Virus record (IMG/VR): IMGVR_UViG_3300022752_006405
Span: 1-55,907 of that record
Direction: 5' to 3' (one strand)
DNA: 55,907 nt
Origin: a virus
Lineage: Duplodnaviria > Caudoviricetes
A model generated the notes under the pieces. It worked only from the letters and a program-made list of their open reading frames with translations, had not been told where the DNA came from and searched no databases. Positions 27,624-38,200 of this stretch are shown here, piece after piece; the first letter of the stretch is position 1; every line of letters begins with the position of its first letter. A program made the position numbers and the translations under genes.

Positions 27624-28576
27624 AGGATGCTCCCGCTTCTCATGATTTTGGAGAGGTTAATAATACCCTGAAACTTGTCCCAAGTTCTAGCCGTGGCCTT
27701 TGCTTCCAGAAATTCCTCACGTGTCATCTCACCAACATCTTTTTTGCTGCCCAGATCCAATATCCTCACCGGCACGTCAAACTCGGAGAGTGCTTTCGCC
27801 CATTTATGCTGCTTCTCTGGCATATCACTGTCGAGCGCGAGGACGACGGGAGTTCGATTTCTCGCTATCGCTTGAAACAATGCAGACCTTCTGGACATAT
27901 TGGACCCAAGGATGGCGGTCGCGTTGCTATCACACTTCGTTAGATCGAATGGTCCTTCAACGAGCGTCATCTCATGTCTCCAATCAAGATTAAGCTCGTT
28001 GAAAATAAACTCACCACGTGGAACTGGGGGATTCACGTATTTTCCGGTAACGTTCTTGTCTATCGCGCGAGCGGTCCAGTAATTCAATTTACCGTCCGAG
28101 TCGAACGACGGCATGATTATGCGTCTTGCCAAGCGACCTCTTCGAACAAAACCAAGCCTGAAATACCACATCTCTCGAATTCCGAGCCCTCGTTGATGAA
28201 TGTAGTCGATACAGGCTCGTGTATCCGGATCACGTGCGTCCATGCACTCAGCTAGCAATCGAAATCCAGGAGGCAGTTCAACTTTCGGTGCTTCAACAAC
28301 CTCGTCCAGGAACCGACGCTGGTGTGAACCAGTAACCCCCTCCCACCTCGCAGAGACCTCGGGTGATAGCTTACGCAGCACCTTGGCGATCGAGGCTCCA
28401 CGGGCATCGCAGACCCAGCAGTGATACTGTCCCGTATCGATCCGAACGATGAACTTCTGCTTCTTCGACTCCTTACAATCCGGACATCGGAAAGCTGCAT
28501 TGATGCCCTTCCTGTCCAGGGTACACGCGCCAAGCGCGCGCGTCAGAATCTCGATTCTTTCCTTGGCGTCTATCAC
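27620..28576 (-). CDS. DNA primase (DnaG-type zinc finger + TOPRIM)
   Basis: CPDC...HCWVC zinc finger, RRIIMP, YWTAR, VEGPFD, LALDSD and KDVGE. Confidence 0.9.
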   Translation of the reverse strand: MIDAKERIEILTRALGACTLDRKGINAAFRCPDCKESKKQKFIVRIDTGQYHCWVCDARGASIAKVLRKLSPEVSARWEGVTGSHQRRFLDEVVEAPKVELPPGFRLLAECMDARDPDTRACIDYIHQRGLGIREMWYFRLGFVRRGRLARRIIMPSFDSDGKLNYWTARAIDKNVTGKYVNPPVPRGEFIFNELNLDWRHEMTLVEGPFDLTKCDSNATAILGSNMSRRSALFQAIARNRTPVVLALDSDMPEKQHKWAKALSEFDVPVRILDLGSKKDVGEMTREEFLEAKATARTWDKFQGIINLSKIMRSGSIL

Positions 28577-28593
28577 CTTGGAATAGTAAACTG

Positions 28594-29133
28594 CTATTGT
28601 GATTTTAACAAATACGCAGCCCGAGCCATCACGTACGCGTCAGCTGCGTCGTTGACACCTGCAGCGAAGAGCGTCATGCCCTTCTTTTTACCAACTGTAG
28701 CAACCCGACGTGGAAGTTGCTTTCCGGTCACGACCTCCACCCATTCCATGATCTGATCCTTTGTGTCCCTGCTCTTGTCTATCTTAATTCCCAGCCCACG
28801 ACGGGCTGATGTCGAATCGAAAAAGATCGGTTTCACGTCGAACACGTCATAGGCGAGCCAGGACACGATTCCGTTAAACCGAGCGAGCGTTAGCAAGGTA
28901 TGGGCCGAGCTCATCCCGCGACGAAATCCCTGAAGCGGCTCCTCGATGGAAATCTTGGAAACGTTGTATTGACCCTGGAGGTTTTTCAGACCGACACGAA
29001 TCGCTTGCGCTTTATCGAAGAGATTATCGTACTTAGTGATCTTAAAGCTGCCCATATCAACCAAGCTGCCATCGTCATTCAGGATCGCCCAGCCCGTTGA
29101 TGATGTTGAAACGTCGAGACCTAAAATCATCAC
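28594..29133 (-). CDS. RuvC-like Holliday junction resolvase
   Basis: ILGLDVSTSSTGWA, IEEP, LARFNG, K..I and DAADA. Confidence 0.88.
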   Translation of the reverse strand: MMILGLDVSTSSTGWAILNDDGSLVDMGSFKITKYDNLFDKAQAIRVGLKNLQGQYNVSKISIEEPLQGFRRGMSSAHTLLTLARFNGIVSWLAYDVFDVKPIFFDSTSARRGLGIKIDKSRDTKDQIMEWVEVVTGKQLPRRVATVGKKKGMTLFAAGVNDAADAYVMARAAYLLKSQ

Positions 29134-31454
29134 CAGTCCATCTTAATTCTAAACAGGTACTTGTCTTCGCTTCTCTTAATCACTGGTTGCGCCAGGGTAG
29201 CCCTTGCGACGACATTCAGGTTGTCATCGTGAAGGTTAATTCCAGTTATGATGACGGGACCGACAGATGTCTCGTCCGGATCGTTGCTAGCAGTTAGAGC
29301 GGTGAAGGTTGGGTTGGAACTCGAATTAATCTGGCCCGCGGGACAAGGAACGGCAATCTCCATGACGTGAACCTTCCTCTCACCGCGCATCGAAATCTCG
29401 AACTGATCCTTTCCGAAGAGAAATATCAATGGAGATTTAACGACAGCGATCCCCTCATCATAGAGGGCGGTTCCGACACCAGCCCATTTAGCGTGTGGCG
29501 TGAGAGCGTCAGCTCGGTAGATCCCGCCCCGGCCGTTATCACGTAGAGTGATACCGAACGTTCCGTTCGAACCTGTGAACGACGAGTCGACAATCTCGAG
29601 ACTAGTCGGATGGATCCTTCCGCCGTAAAAGAGATTGCTTGTGTCAAAAAACGTGACCGAGTTAGAGGAATTATCACGTTGACGCTGGAATATCGTCAGC
29701 ACGTCTCCTACCTGGTTCTCGCTGTTCAGGTTGTCAGGTCCAGCTCCCTCAACTTCGCTAGATATCGATGATGGAAGATCGTCACCCGACGCGATCAGTC
29801 CCGGGTACAGGGACGAGGTCGAGATGATGTTATTTAAGCTGACCAGCGATAGATCCAAGTTTCCGAGGTCGTTCACGAATTTTGACATCGGCGATGAGCT
29901 GTCAGGATGATTGCTGAACGTTCCCGTGATAAGCAGACTGTAGTCTGGCCTTGTTAAACCATTATCACAGGGCAGAACCGTTAAATTTCTCTTGATGAAA
30001 GACCCGGTTGCGTACAAAAGCACGTTCGCCTCTTCAAAATCAGTGATATTCCATGTTATCTCTGACCCTGTCAGGTTGTGCAACGTCGGGTAACGTCCCT
30101 GCACAAACTCACGTACAAAATTTTCAACATTTACTTCATGACCTCCGACCCCCAGCGACATGGTCACATTGTGAGCGTCTGTCGTTGAAACGTTGTCGGA
30201 AAGCTCAGTTTTTTGGAATGGAGTTTTGAATACCTCTCGAACCGGTGACTCCTTGGTGAACAGCACGGGTAGATGGAAAAGCAAGCCTTCTATACTTGAG
30301 GACCCAATACCGCTCGATCCGTATGCGAACACGCTCTCGTCATCTAAGAACTTATCCCAGATTCGCATCTCATGCATTTCAGCTCGTAATGGAAAATCAA
30401 AGCTGAAATTTGGGATGACCCCTCCCAGGTCTGGGTCAACAAAATTTGCCGTTCCATTTAAACCGTTGTTGGGGCCATCGTAATAGTTGCCCACGAATAG
30501 AACATCCTGGTCCTGCGGATTCGGACCCACAAAGACCGGCGAGATTGAGCTCGCAGACATTGCAAAATATCCACGTTCAACGCCATCGATGACGAACGAC
30601 CCGGTTCCGTTGTCATACTGCGGCGACCACCGAATGACGATGTGATGCCAGTTATTGAGACTTAAGCAGTTATCATCAGAAAAAAACGTATAATCACCCG
30701 CGACCGCAGCGTCAGGCCGAACCTCTGCGGACGCTGACGTCTGCAGAAGAAGGCGAAATTTATCGACAAGACCGTTGGCGTCCCTGGATGAACCGGAACA
30801 CAACGACAAAGCAAGCGTTGACGAGAGGTGATATATCGTTCCCGGATAGTATACCTGATTTGCGTCTAGATTCTGGTACTTCGGGTTCAGGTAGCACTCT
30901 AGCGAGAATGCTGAATCCGGTGTATACGGCCCTCGTGAACCGCCTGTTACTCCGTTGTCATAGATGATCGCGGATCCGGTAGGTACGTTCGAGGAAGTGA
31001 AGAAATTCAAGCATTGGTAGTTCGTGAATGCCCAATGCGCGTACGGATTTTTAACTCGATAGTGTGGAAACAGATTCTGGCGAACGTTAGATTTCCGCAG
31101 AAAATCTGAATTGAACGCGAATGGCGGCTCAAATCTGAGCGATTCTACTTTTTTATCCTTCGCTGCAGATCTTGAAAGGGAATTAACACCAGACAGATAA
31201 TTTTGAATCTGTGAGCTTATGTCCAGCGTCCCCGTTGTCTTGACCGCAGCGATTCGTATCGATTCAGGGTCCTCGGATTCGAATGCATCGTCAGTAAAAA
31301 CAGGTTTGTCTATATCTTTTTCTATCGTTGAAGATCTGGCGAAGACGGGCACGGAGCCCGTCACCCCTAACGAGCTCGACGAGAAAGTTCTACGCGGTCT
31401 AGCAACGACGGAAAATCTTTCGAAGCTGTCCTTACCTAACCTGACTATGGACAA
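29130..31454 (-). CDS. Baseplate/fibre-associated structural protein with LamG-like domain
   Basis: NNWHHIVIRW and EMRIWD (LamG). C-terminal SSNPT...ITGINLHDDNLNVVARATLAQP is paralogous to the 435-aa neighbour. TTG start with AGGAGG. Confidence 0.65.
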   Translation of the reverse strand: MSIVRLGKDSFERFSVVARPRRTFSSSSLGVTGSVPVFARSSTIEKDIDKPVFTDDAFESEDPESIRIAAVKTTGTLDISSQIQNYLSGVNSLSRSAAKDKKVESLRFEPPFAFNSDFLRKSNVRQNLFPHYRVKNPYAHWAFTNYQCLNFFTSSNVPTGSAIIYDNGVTGGSRGPYTPDSAFSLECYLNPKYQNLDANQVYYPGTIYHLSSTLALSLCSGSSRDANGLVDKFRLLLQTSASAEVRPDAAVAGDYTFFSDDNCLSLNNWHHIVIRWSPQYDNGTGSFVIDGVERGYFAMSASSISPVFVGPNPQDQDVLFVGNYYDGPNNGLNGTANFVDPDLGGVIPNFSFDFPLRAEMHEMRIWDKFLDDESVFAYGSSGIGSSSIEGLLFHLPVLFTKESPVREVFKTPFQKTELSDNVSTTDAHNVTMSLGVGGHEVNVENFVREFVQGRYPTLHNLTGSEITWNITDFEEANVLLYATGSFIKRNLTVLPCDNGLTRPDYSLLITGTFSNHPDSSSPMSKFVNDLGNLDLSLVSLNNIISTSSLYPGLIASGDDLPSSISSEVEGAGPDNLNSENQVGDVLTIFQRQRDNSSNSVTFFDTSNLFYGGRIHPTSLEIVDSSFTGSNGTFGITLRDNGRGGIYRADALTPHAKWAGVGTALYDEGIAVVKSPLIFLFGKDQFEISMRGERKVHVMEIAVPCPAGQINSSSNPTFTALTASNDPDETSVGPVIITGINLHDDNLNVVARATLAQPVIKRSEDKYLFRIKMDW

Positions 31455-31465
31455 GATCCACCTCC

Positions 31466-32773
31466 TTAGAAATCGAGGCGGACTCTAACTGTCAGATCCT
31501 TCTCGTCGTTCTTCTCAATTGGTCTGGAAAGCTTTGCCACCGCGAGTAAGTTGTCATTCGCATCGTAAAGACCAACAGTCGTGATGAACGAGAAGCTACG
31601 TTGCGTGTCCTCCTGCCCTTCGTCAATAACGATAATACGACCGTCAGAGTCAACGTACGTTGGGTTCGATGAGTAGTTGAATTCATCAGCTGTCGCACGA
31701 CAAAACAGCAAGGTACTGTTGATATTCGTCACGTTCTGGAAAGTCACAGCAGTGTTTGAGCCCGAGCTAAAGCGGCATGAGGCAATGTGATCGACGATAT
31801 CGTCAATGCTTCCAGATGTCATAAAATCAGGAATGAAACGAGCGGCTGGATTGGAACCATATGCTGTCTGCATGGTACTTCCAGACCCTATGATCGTCTC
31901 ATTTGTCGCGAGGCCAGACACTGTCGGGTTTCCTACCACGGAAGAGATTGCGCCTGACACGTGCTGGTCTCCCCACATGATCTTTGATAGATCGAGGACC
32001 GCTGTACCAGCATCGTAGAACATCAAACCTACTTTACGTGAGGTGTTTGAGGCGTCGACAATCTCACCTACCTCGCCTCCGAAAGTTGTTCGCTTCGAGC
32101 TTGCTGCCCCAACATCTGTAAAAATAGAAGATCCAGAAGTTGAAGTTTTAAAGAGATTGCTACCAGTGTACGAGGTCGTGGCGCTTGATATAGCGGCTTC
32201 TTGCGTCGATCTATTCGCGTTAGGTGCACCATCGATGACTCCCGTGGCGTAGAATCTCATCGCGAACGTCTCACGCTTGATCTTGTCACGAGCAAAAAGA
32301 CGCTTGAAATTGAGGAAGAGCGCCTCATTAATACGATCGGTAGAAGTCGTTGTGGGGTCGGTTGACACCTGGAACGGTGAGTAAAAAGCCTGGTCAGCAT
32401 CTCCCAGGAGCTTTGCAGCATGCTGACGATACACATCGATCTTCTCTCTCATCTGCAGAGATGAGCTTGGGAAAAGTAACTTACCCGTTGTATCCTCACC
32501 TAATTTGATATTCTGGACCGTGCTGCCTGAGTACCACAAGCCCACAGTCATATCGAACATTGGGTTCGCTGTCTGCAGGGTGTAATCCTGATCGTACACC
32601 GTCTGAAATAAGGATGCTGTGACGGATGTCACACCTGAGCCGGTCACGAATACCTGATAGGCTCGACGCGTCGCGGATCCGGAGACGTCCTCTTGGATCA
32701 TATCGACGAGCTGGTTGAGGGCAGACTTGCTCGTCTTTACGTCTGCTGCTGAAATTTCTTTGAAGGTCGCCAT
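31466..32773 (-). CDS. Baseplate-associated structural protein
   Basis: C-terminal EFNYSSNPT...ITTVGLYDANDNLLAVAKLSRPIEK...VRLDF resembles tail-collar/baseplate-attachment domains. Confidence 0.65.
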   Translation of the reverse strand: MATFKEISAADVKTSKSALNQLVDMIQEDVSGSATRRAYQVFVTGSGVTSVTASLFQTVYDQDYTLQTANPMFDMTVGLWYSGSTVQNIKLGEDTTGKLLFPSSSLQMREKIDVYRQHAAKLLGDADQAFYSPFQVSTDPTTTSTDRINEALFLNFKRLFARDKIKRETFAMRFYATGVIDGAPNANRSTQEAAISSATTSYTGSNLFKTSTSGSSIFTDVGAASSKRTTFGGEVGEIVDASNTSRKVGLMFYDAGTAVLDLSKIMWGDQHVSGAISSVVGNPTVSGLATNETIIGSGSTMQTAYGSNPAARFIPDFMTSGSIDDIVDHIASCRFSSGSNTAVTFQNVTNINSTLLFCRATADEFNYSSNPTYVDSDGRIIVIDEGQEDTQRSFSFITTVGLYDANDNLLAVAKLSRPIEKNDEKDLTVRVRLDF

Positions 32774-32784
32774 CTAAATCCTCG

Positions 32785-33495
32785 TTACTGTGAAATCTGA
32801 ACTTCGAATTCTTTTGTTGCGCCAGACTGCAGACCAGTTACGCTGACCACCGCAGTTATGATGGTCTTGTTACTAGAATTTCCGAAAACCGTAAACTGCG
32901 TGTCAGTCAATGACCTGACAGCAAGAGGAAGTGTGATTGTCGAACCTCCCGCCGCCGTCTCACCAGGAGCTCTCAGAAGCACGTAGGTAGCGACCCCGTC
33001 CTTGTCGATTGAGTCTGGGGTGAATCCAGTCAACGTGAGGAACTGATTGGCCATCTTTACGATGTACGCTTGATCGCGAAGCTCAGGATCTATGAGAGAC
33101 TCGCCCGTGATCGTCTGGGTTAACGTGACGCTTCTGGAAGAACCGGCTCCAGTTCTGCTCATAGTTACCAATGTTCCCGTTGAATCAAGGCCGTCGCTCG
33201 TGAAAGTCACACGTGGAATTCTAACCAAGTTCGGATTTGAAACGGAGACAGCTCGATATTTGAGAGCGAGATTCGCATTCGTTTGAGCTTCAAAGACAGG
33301 AGTGTTCTTTTCGATCTTCTCCTTCCCGACAGTTCGACCGAACTTTCGTATTGTCGTGTAATCGACCTCATCATCGCCCAATGCGAACTTAACGATTGAG
33401 AAGCTTCCATCGTTTCTTGCAAGAAACTCACGTCCGATATCGGTCAGCACCGCATCAACGATGATGTTATTGGTTGAGTGGTCAAGATATCCCAT
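32785..33495 (-). CDS. Baseplate-associated structural protein
   Basis: MGYLD...DAVLTDIGREFLA...KFALGDDEVDY; paralogous N-terminus to 41539-42453. Confidence 0.65.
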   Translation of the reverse strand: MGYLDHSTNNIIVDAVLTDIGREFLARNDGSFSIVKFALGDDEVDYTTIRKFGRTVGKEKIEKNTPVFEAQTNANLALKYRAVSVSNPNLVRIPRVTFTSDGLDSTGTLVTMSRTGAGSSRSVTLTQTITGESLIDPELRDQAYIVKMANQFLTLTGFTPDSIDKDGVATYVLLRAPGETAAGGSTITLPLAVRSLTDTQFTVFGNSSNKTIITAVVSVTGLQSGATKEFEVQISQ

Positions 33496-33510
33496 GATTC
33501 TCCCTTACCC

Positions 33511-33517
33511 TAGATAT
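33511..33517 (-). promoter_or_regulatory. Promoter-motif variant ATATCTA
   Basis: Intergenic, 15 nt upstream of ATG 33495 (SD GGGAG). Confidence 0.45.
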
Positions 33518-33525
33518 TATTTTTT

Positions 33526-35280
33526 TCAGAACTTTGTTAAACTTTTTGGCTTATCGTTCAAAGAGCCATCCAATCTTAAATCTCGAAGATCATCTATTTT
33601 AATGTCAACGTTCGCTTGGGCTTGTCGATCAGTGTTCAAAAACATCAGCCTATAAAGACCGTTTCTGTCCCCCGTCTTAAGAAGCTTCATATCTCTTCCT
33701 GCGCTGTCAGTAACCTGTAAGTATTCAGGATCAAAATATACTCTTACCCGTTGTGATCCGGATGACTTCACACTATCAAGACTTAGTTCAGCTTTCAGGA
33801 ACGTATTCGGGTACTGCTTGGGTGCTCCCGCGCTTGAAATAAGAGATTTGATAAGACGATTCTTCACACGATCAAACGTTACCCTAAACTGTGAACTATA
33901 ATTGGACGTCATTCCGTGAGCATCTACCGAGCAGACAGCGTATATGTAATTTGAATCTTTGTTGAATTCACTCTCAATGTAGAATGTTGTAGATGACTTA
34001 AATTTCGTTATGAGGCTCGCGTCCATCGTTTCTGTTGGGGGGGTTCTTATCACTGAATCATCAAAATCGAGATATGCAATTAAAGAAAATGGCTCATCGA
34101 TCGATGATCTTCTGAAGATTTGCCATCCCTTGATATCGAGTTGCGGATTCGTCGGAAATGACCAGTTTATCTGCAGAGAAGCTTGCTGAAAATCCCAGTA
34201 AAAATTTAGATCGGCGGGTGGCGCGGGCGGAATGTACTCCTCAGTTCTCGCAGCTGAGAATGTTGAAGGTCTTGATGAAACAAGAAATCTGGATCTTTGA
34301 AGACCACCGCTGTCACTTGCAGTGATTACGTAGAAAGATGCTAGCGTTCTTATGCTATAAACATATTGCGTTCCATACTTGATTTCTGGATCAAGATAGC
34401 TATTCACCCTGGGAGACCTTATGAAGATCGTCTTCTTGTTACCTATTACGTCCCCCGGCAGCATCTCATATCTTTCGACGATGTAGCCTAGATGCTCTAT
34501 TTTCGACACCGAGCCTGGCGAATTCACGATTTGATCGCTAATCGATGCTAATTCTAGTTCGAGCTCTTCGTCAATGGGAAATTTGGATTTACGAGAATTA
34601 AGACGTCTGCTTATTGATCGTGAATTTCTACGAACTGCTGTTGCCGCTGAACCGACTGGTGATATGTAAGCTTCGCGTGAGTTACTCACGATGTAATCAT
34701 TATCGATTATAATAGCAAGCTGCTCTGAAGCTGATGCATCGACAGGTTCGACGAGATTGTCTCCCTGGATGAACACGGCTCGTGACTGCGACGCGATGCT
34801 CAAGTACCTCTGTATGATGTCACCATCAGAGCTATCCGAGGTAACAGAGTTCAGGCGAGCAGCGATGTCAGTGCTAGACCCGGACAGGATCCCACGCATT
34901 CGGGCTGAGGCTTCAAAACGCTCTCCTATCCTATTAAGGTGGTCAAAATCTTGAAAGTATAAGAGAGTAGAATCGTTAAGTATTGAAGACTCATCAGCAA
35001 TATCATCAGAATTTTTTCTAATAAATTCTGGTGGTATGTCAACTTCGATGGAGCGCTTCGGATCAAAGCTCACTTTCGGCCACGAGACATACATTAAACG
35101 TGGTATCTTGATTGCAATCTCTCGTGGGCTCAAGCTGGTGATGGAACGACTCAGGCGCGGTGGTATCTCGCTGACTCTTTCATTAGCTTCAAAAAAATTG
35201 TATTGAAACTTCAAGTTAGGCTTCGATGGAGTCGGAACATCCAAAAGGTGGATCGGACGACTGATGTATGTTGGTTTCAT
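33526..35280 (-). CDS. Structural protein with fibronectin-III-like repeats
   Basis: GYIVERY...YGTQYVYSIR, PAPPADL...INWSFP...GWQIFRR and YIYAVCSVDAHGMTSNYS. Confidence 0.6.
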   Translation of the reverse strand: MKPTYISRPIHLLDVPTPSKPNLKFQYNFFEANERVSEIPPRLSRSITSLSPREIAIKIPRLMYVSWPKVSFDPKRSIEVDIPPEFIRKNSDDIADESSILNDSTLLYFQDFDHLNRIGERFEASARMRGILSGSSTDIAARLNSVTSDSSDGDIIQRYLSIASQSRAVFIQGDNLVEPVDASASEQLAIIIDNDYIVSNSREAYISPVGSAATAVRRNSRSISRRLNSRKSKFPIDEELELELASISDQIVNSPGSVSKIEHLGYIVERYEMLPGDVIGNKKTIFIRSPRVNSYLDPEIKYGTQYVYSIRTLASFYVITASDSGGLQRSRFLVSSRPSTFSAARTEEYIPPAPPADLNFYWDFQQASLQINWSFPTNPQLDIKGWQIFRRSSIDEPFSLIAYLDFDDSVIRTPPTETMDASLITKFKSSTTFYIESEFNKDSNYIYAVCSVDAHGMTSNYSSQFRVTFDRVKNRLIKSLISSAGAPKQYPNTFLKAELSLDSVKSSGSQRVRVYFDPEYLQVTDSAGRDMKLLKTGDRNGLYRLMFLNTDRQAQANVDIKIDDLRDLRLDGSLNDKPKSLTKF

Positions 35281-35283
35281 CGA

Positions 35284-38200
35284 TTACCTTGATATTTTCT
35301 TCAGCTTGCTTGATTTAGTTATGGACTTCGTAGATTTTCCTGTGAGTTTGGAAGATTTTGAACTTTTAGCCGTCAGCCCAACAGATGGTAATGAAACAAG
35401 CCGAGAAGATAGATTTTGACGAGAAATACGAAGCAGAGATCCGCTCTCACTACTTGCGATATGGGGTATGAACTGGCAGTACAGGCTTCCCACAGAGAAT
35501 CCTCCGGAAAGAGGATCTCGTGGCATGACTTTTATCTTCTCCCCGTCCTGAATTAGTAAGCCTTGCTTCCTTAAAGAGCTAAGCATCATTCGGGCCGCAG
35601 ATCCGTTTTGCTTGATCGATGCTGCACGATCAATTTCAAAGTCATCTGGATCAACGACAACGGACAGCACACGATCAAACTTTGAACTTGCAAAAATACG
35701 ATCCGTTAGCTTGTCACTCCTAAGCATAAGCGATGACATCAAATTTCCAATAAGCTCTTTGTCTCCCGTAGTCAAAACTCCAGAAGATCCATCAATCAAA
35801 ATCTCCCCAGAATCATCTATTAATGAATTTATCTGATCTGCATTCGGAAGGGTGACCCCTTGTAAATTGAGACCAGCCAAAGATACAACGGCAGAGATTC
35901 CAGCAGCTGATGGTGCTGAGTTTATGTTAAGCGATACGCATTCATCGAATAGTGATCCGCAAAGTTTGAAAAGGTAGCTTTCCATCAAGTAAGAAATAAC
36001 AGTGTTTCTAACGATCTCATCTATCTGCTTTTCAGTTAATCCTGAGTATCGAGGATTCGATCTTAAGCTAGAGTAAGTCAATGAAAAACTTTCTGTTCGA
36101 TCATGAAGTGAAAACTTCGTGCGCTTGGCGATCGATAAAGCTGAATCTCTATTCAAAGTTGAGCGTTGGGATGTCAAATCATCGAAACTTTCAGGCGAAA
36201 CGAACAGTTGGGGATCAAACAGAAAAACTTTCTCTTTAAAAATTAAATCATCGAGCTCATGGTCTTTTCTACCCACGATCACCTCGATCATTCCCGAGCG
36301 ATTGACATGACCGATATCTTTTTCAACATATCTTTTCTCATTATTGATTACGCCCGAGGGAATCGCCAAGGTAACGATTCGATTATTCTCGGATGATCTT
36401 CTCGAAAAATCAGGAGATGCAAGAAGCTCATTGAGAGCAGCATCTTCAAATTGAGAGTACGCCACACGAGCTGGGATGTACCCTGCGTTGGTTTTTGCAG
36501 AGTATCTCTCAATCAATGATTTACGATATACGATCTGTTGCGTTGTAAGTGACGAGATTAGCTTTCGACCTTCCGCGTTGTCTATCAACTGCCTGCGATT
36601 TGCATCAGCCAGCAAGTCGGAGCTTTTAGATATAAGCTCACTTGTAGATTCTTTTAGAACCTCAGAAAATGCAGAAAAATATGCGAAGATATTTTGGACT
36701 CGCTGCTGCTTGGACAGTAAGTTCAAAATCGCTGTTCTTGCTGGCTCTCCAACATCGCACTCTATGTCTCCTAGCTCAGTTTCATCATCGGTAGACACCA
36801 ACGTCATAAGATCACTTTTAAGAGACTTAACCGCTCCCTTACTAGGGACGTTCGGGTTTATATTTTCTCTTGAATCAACCTCGGACGATATCTGCGCAAG
36901 CGACGCGAGACGTACAAAGCACTCTACAACCAGAGACATTAATCCGAACTCGTCCAACTTACCATACTTGGTTAACCCACGATCATCGGTCATAAGTTCG
37001 TCGGTCGGGAGTCGAGCTTCAGCAGCTTCTAAAATTTCATTGTAGGACTTAACGATCTGAGAAAAAAAGTTTTCTGATGTTTTTTTCTGTGCCTCTTCTA
37101 GTGACGTTTTCGCAGCGTTGACGGGCAAAAAAGTAACAGAGTCACGTAATAGCTGACGAAGATCATCGATTTCTTCATTTATAGATTCAACCTTGTCAGT
37201 ATAAAACTTCAAAGTTTTTATCGCGCTGTTGATTGCAGCGCTACCACCTGCAACTGCTGCAAGACCTGCTGTCAGAAGAGACGCATACACGGTGATACCG
37301 ATGGAAGCGATGAGCGCCGCTTCGGCAGCGTCTTTCTTAGCTTTAAAGTTGTTGAGCTCTTTCGTCTTACTGGAAATTTTATTGTTGATGTCTTGCCGCG
37401 ACATCGCGCCTCTTTTCGACGCCGATACAATACTGTCATAGATTGATCCAGCAAGCTCAGCAGCAGAAGGAGAATCACCCGCCAGTCGCGCGATCACTCT
37501 TTGTCCTAAAGCTCTACGTGAATCGACGCTTGACGTCACTGACAAACTCTTAGTCTGCGATGTTGTCACTTCTGCATCGCTTTTCAATGATGAGCTGTCT
37601 TTCGACGTACGCGTGGTCGAGAGAGACTGACTAGCTGTTCCTTCATTTAAGTCGACCGATGTAAGATCAACGCTCTTAAGCTGATAGTATTTTATTCTAG
37701 CTGCCGAGCGTAGAATATGCTGGCGCGGATTGACGTTAAATCCTCCAGCGCGGCTCCATGATATGCCGCTCACGTCATTTGGAGAGAATTTTGCCGCAAG
37801 CAATTGCAGCATTGAATCAAAGCTTTTCGTCGAGTAATCAAGGCCATCAACAAAATTTCTGATTATGATCCTGAGAACTTCTACGGGTGTTAACTCATTG
37901 GAAGGATCAGCCTGTCCTATCATCAGATTGAGATAACTTTCGATGTCGCTTCTACTTTCTTCAAATTTATCTGAAAAGCTTTGCAAGTCTGGAAAGTTGA
38001 ACTCTCCGTCAAGTATTGGATTGCGAATTAGAGCAGTTGGACCCGAGATGTATGATGATTTTTTTGCAGGATCATCAACTTCGACAGGAATTACCGGCGT
38101 TCCATTTTTCCCGTCAAACTGAAGAAGTGATAGAGAGATTGTCGAAGAAGGAGGTCCAATTTTGCTGAGGCTCTTCCTGAACGGGAGAGGAGACGGACCT

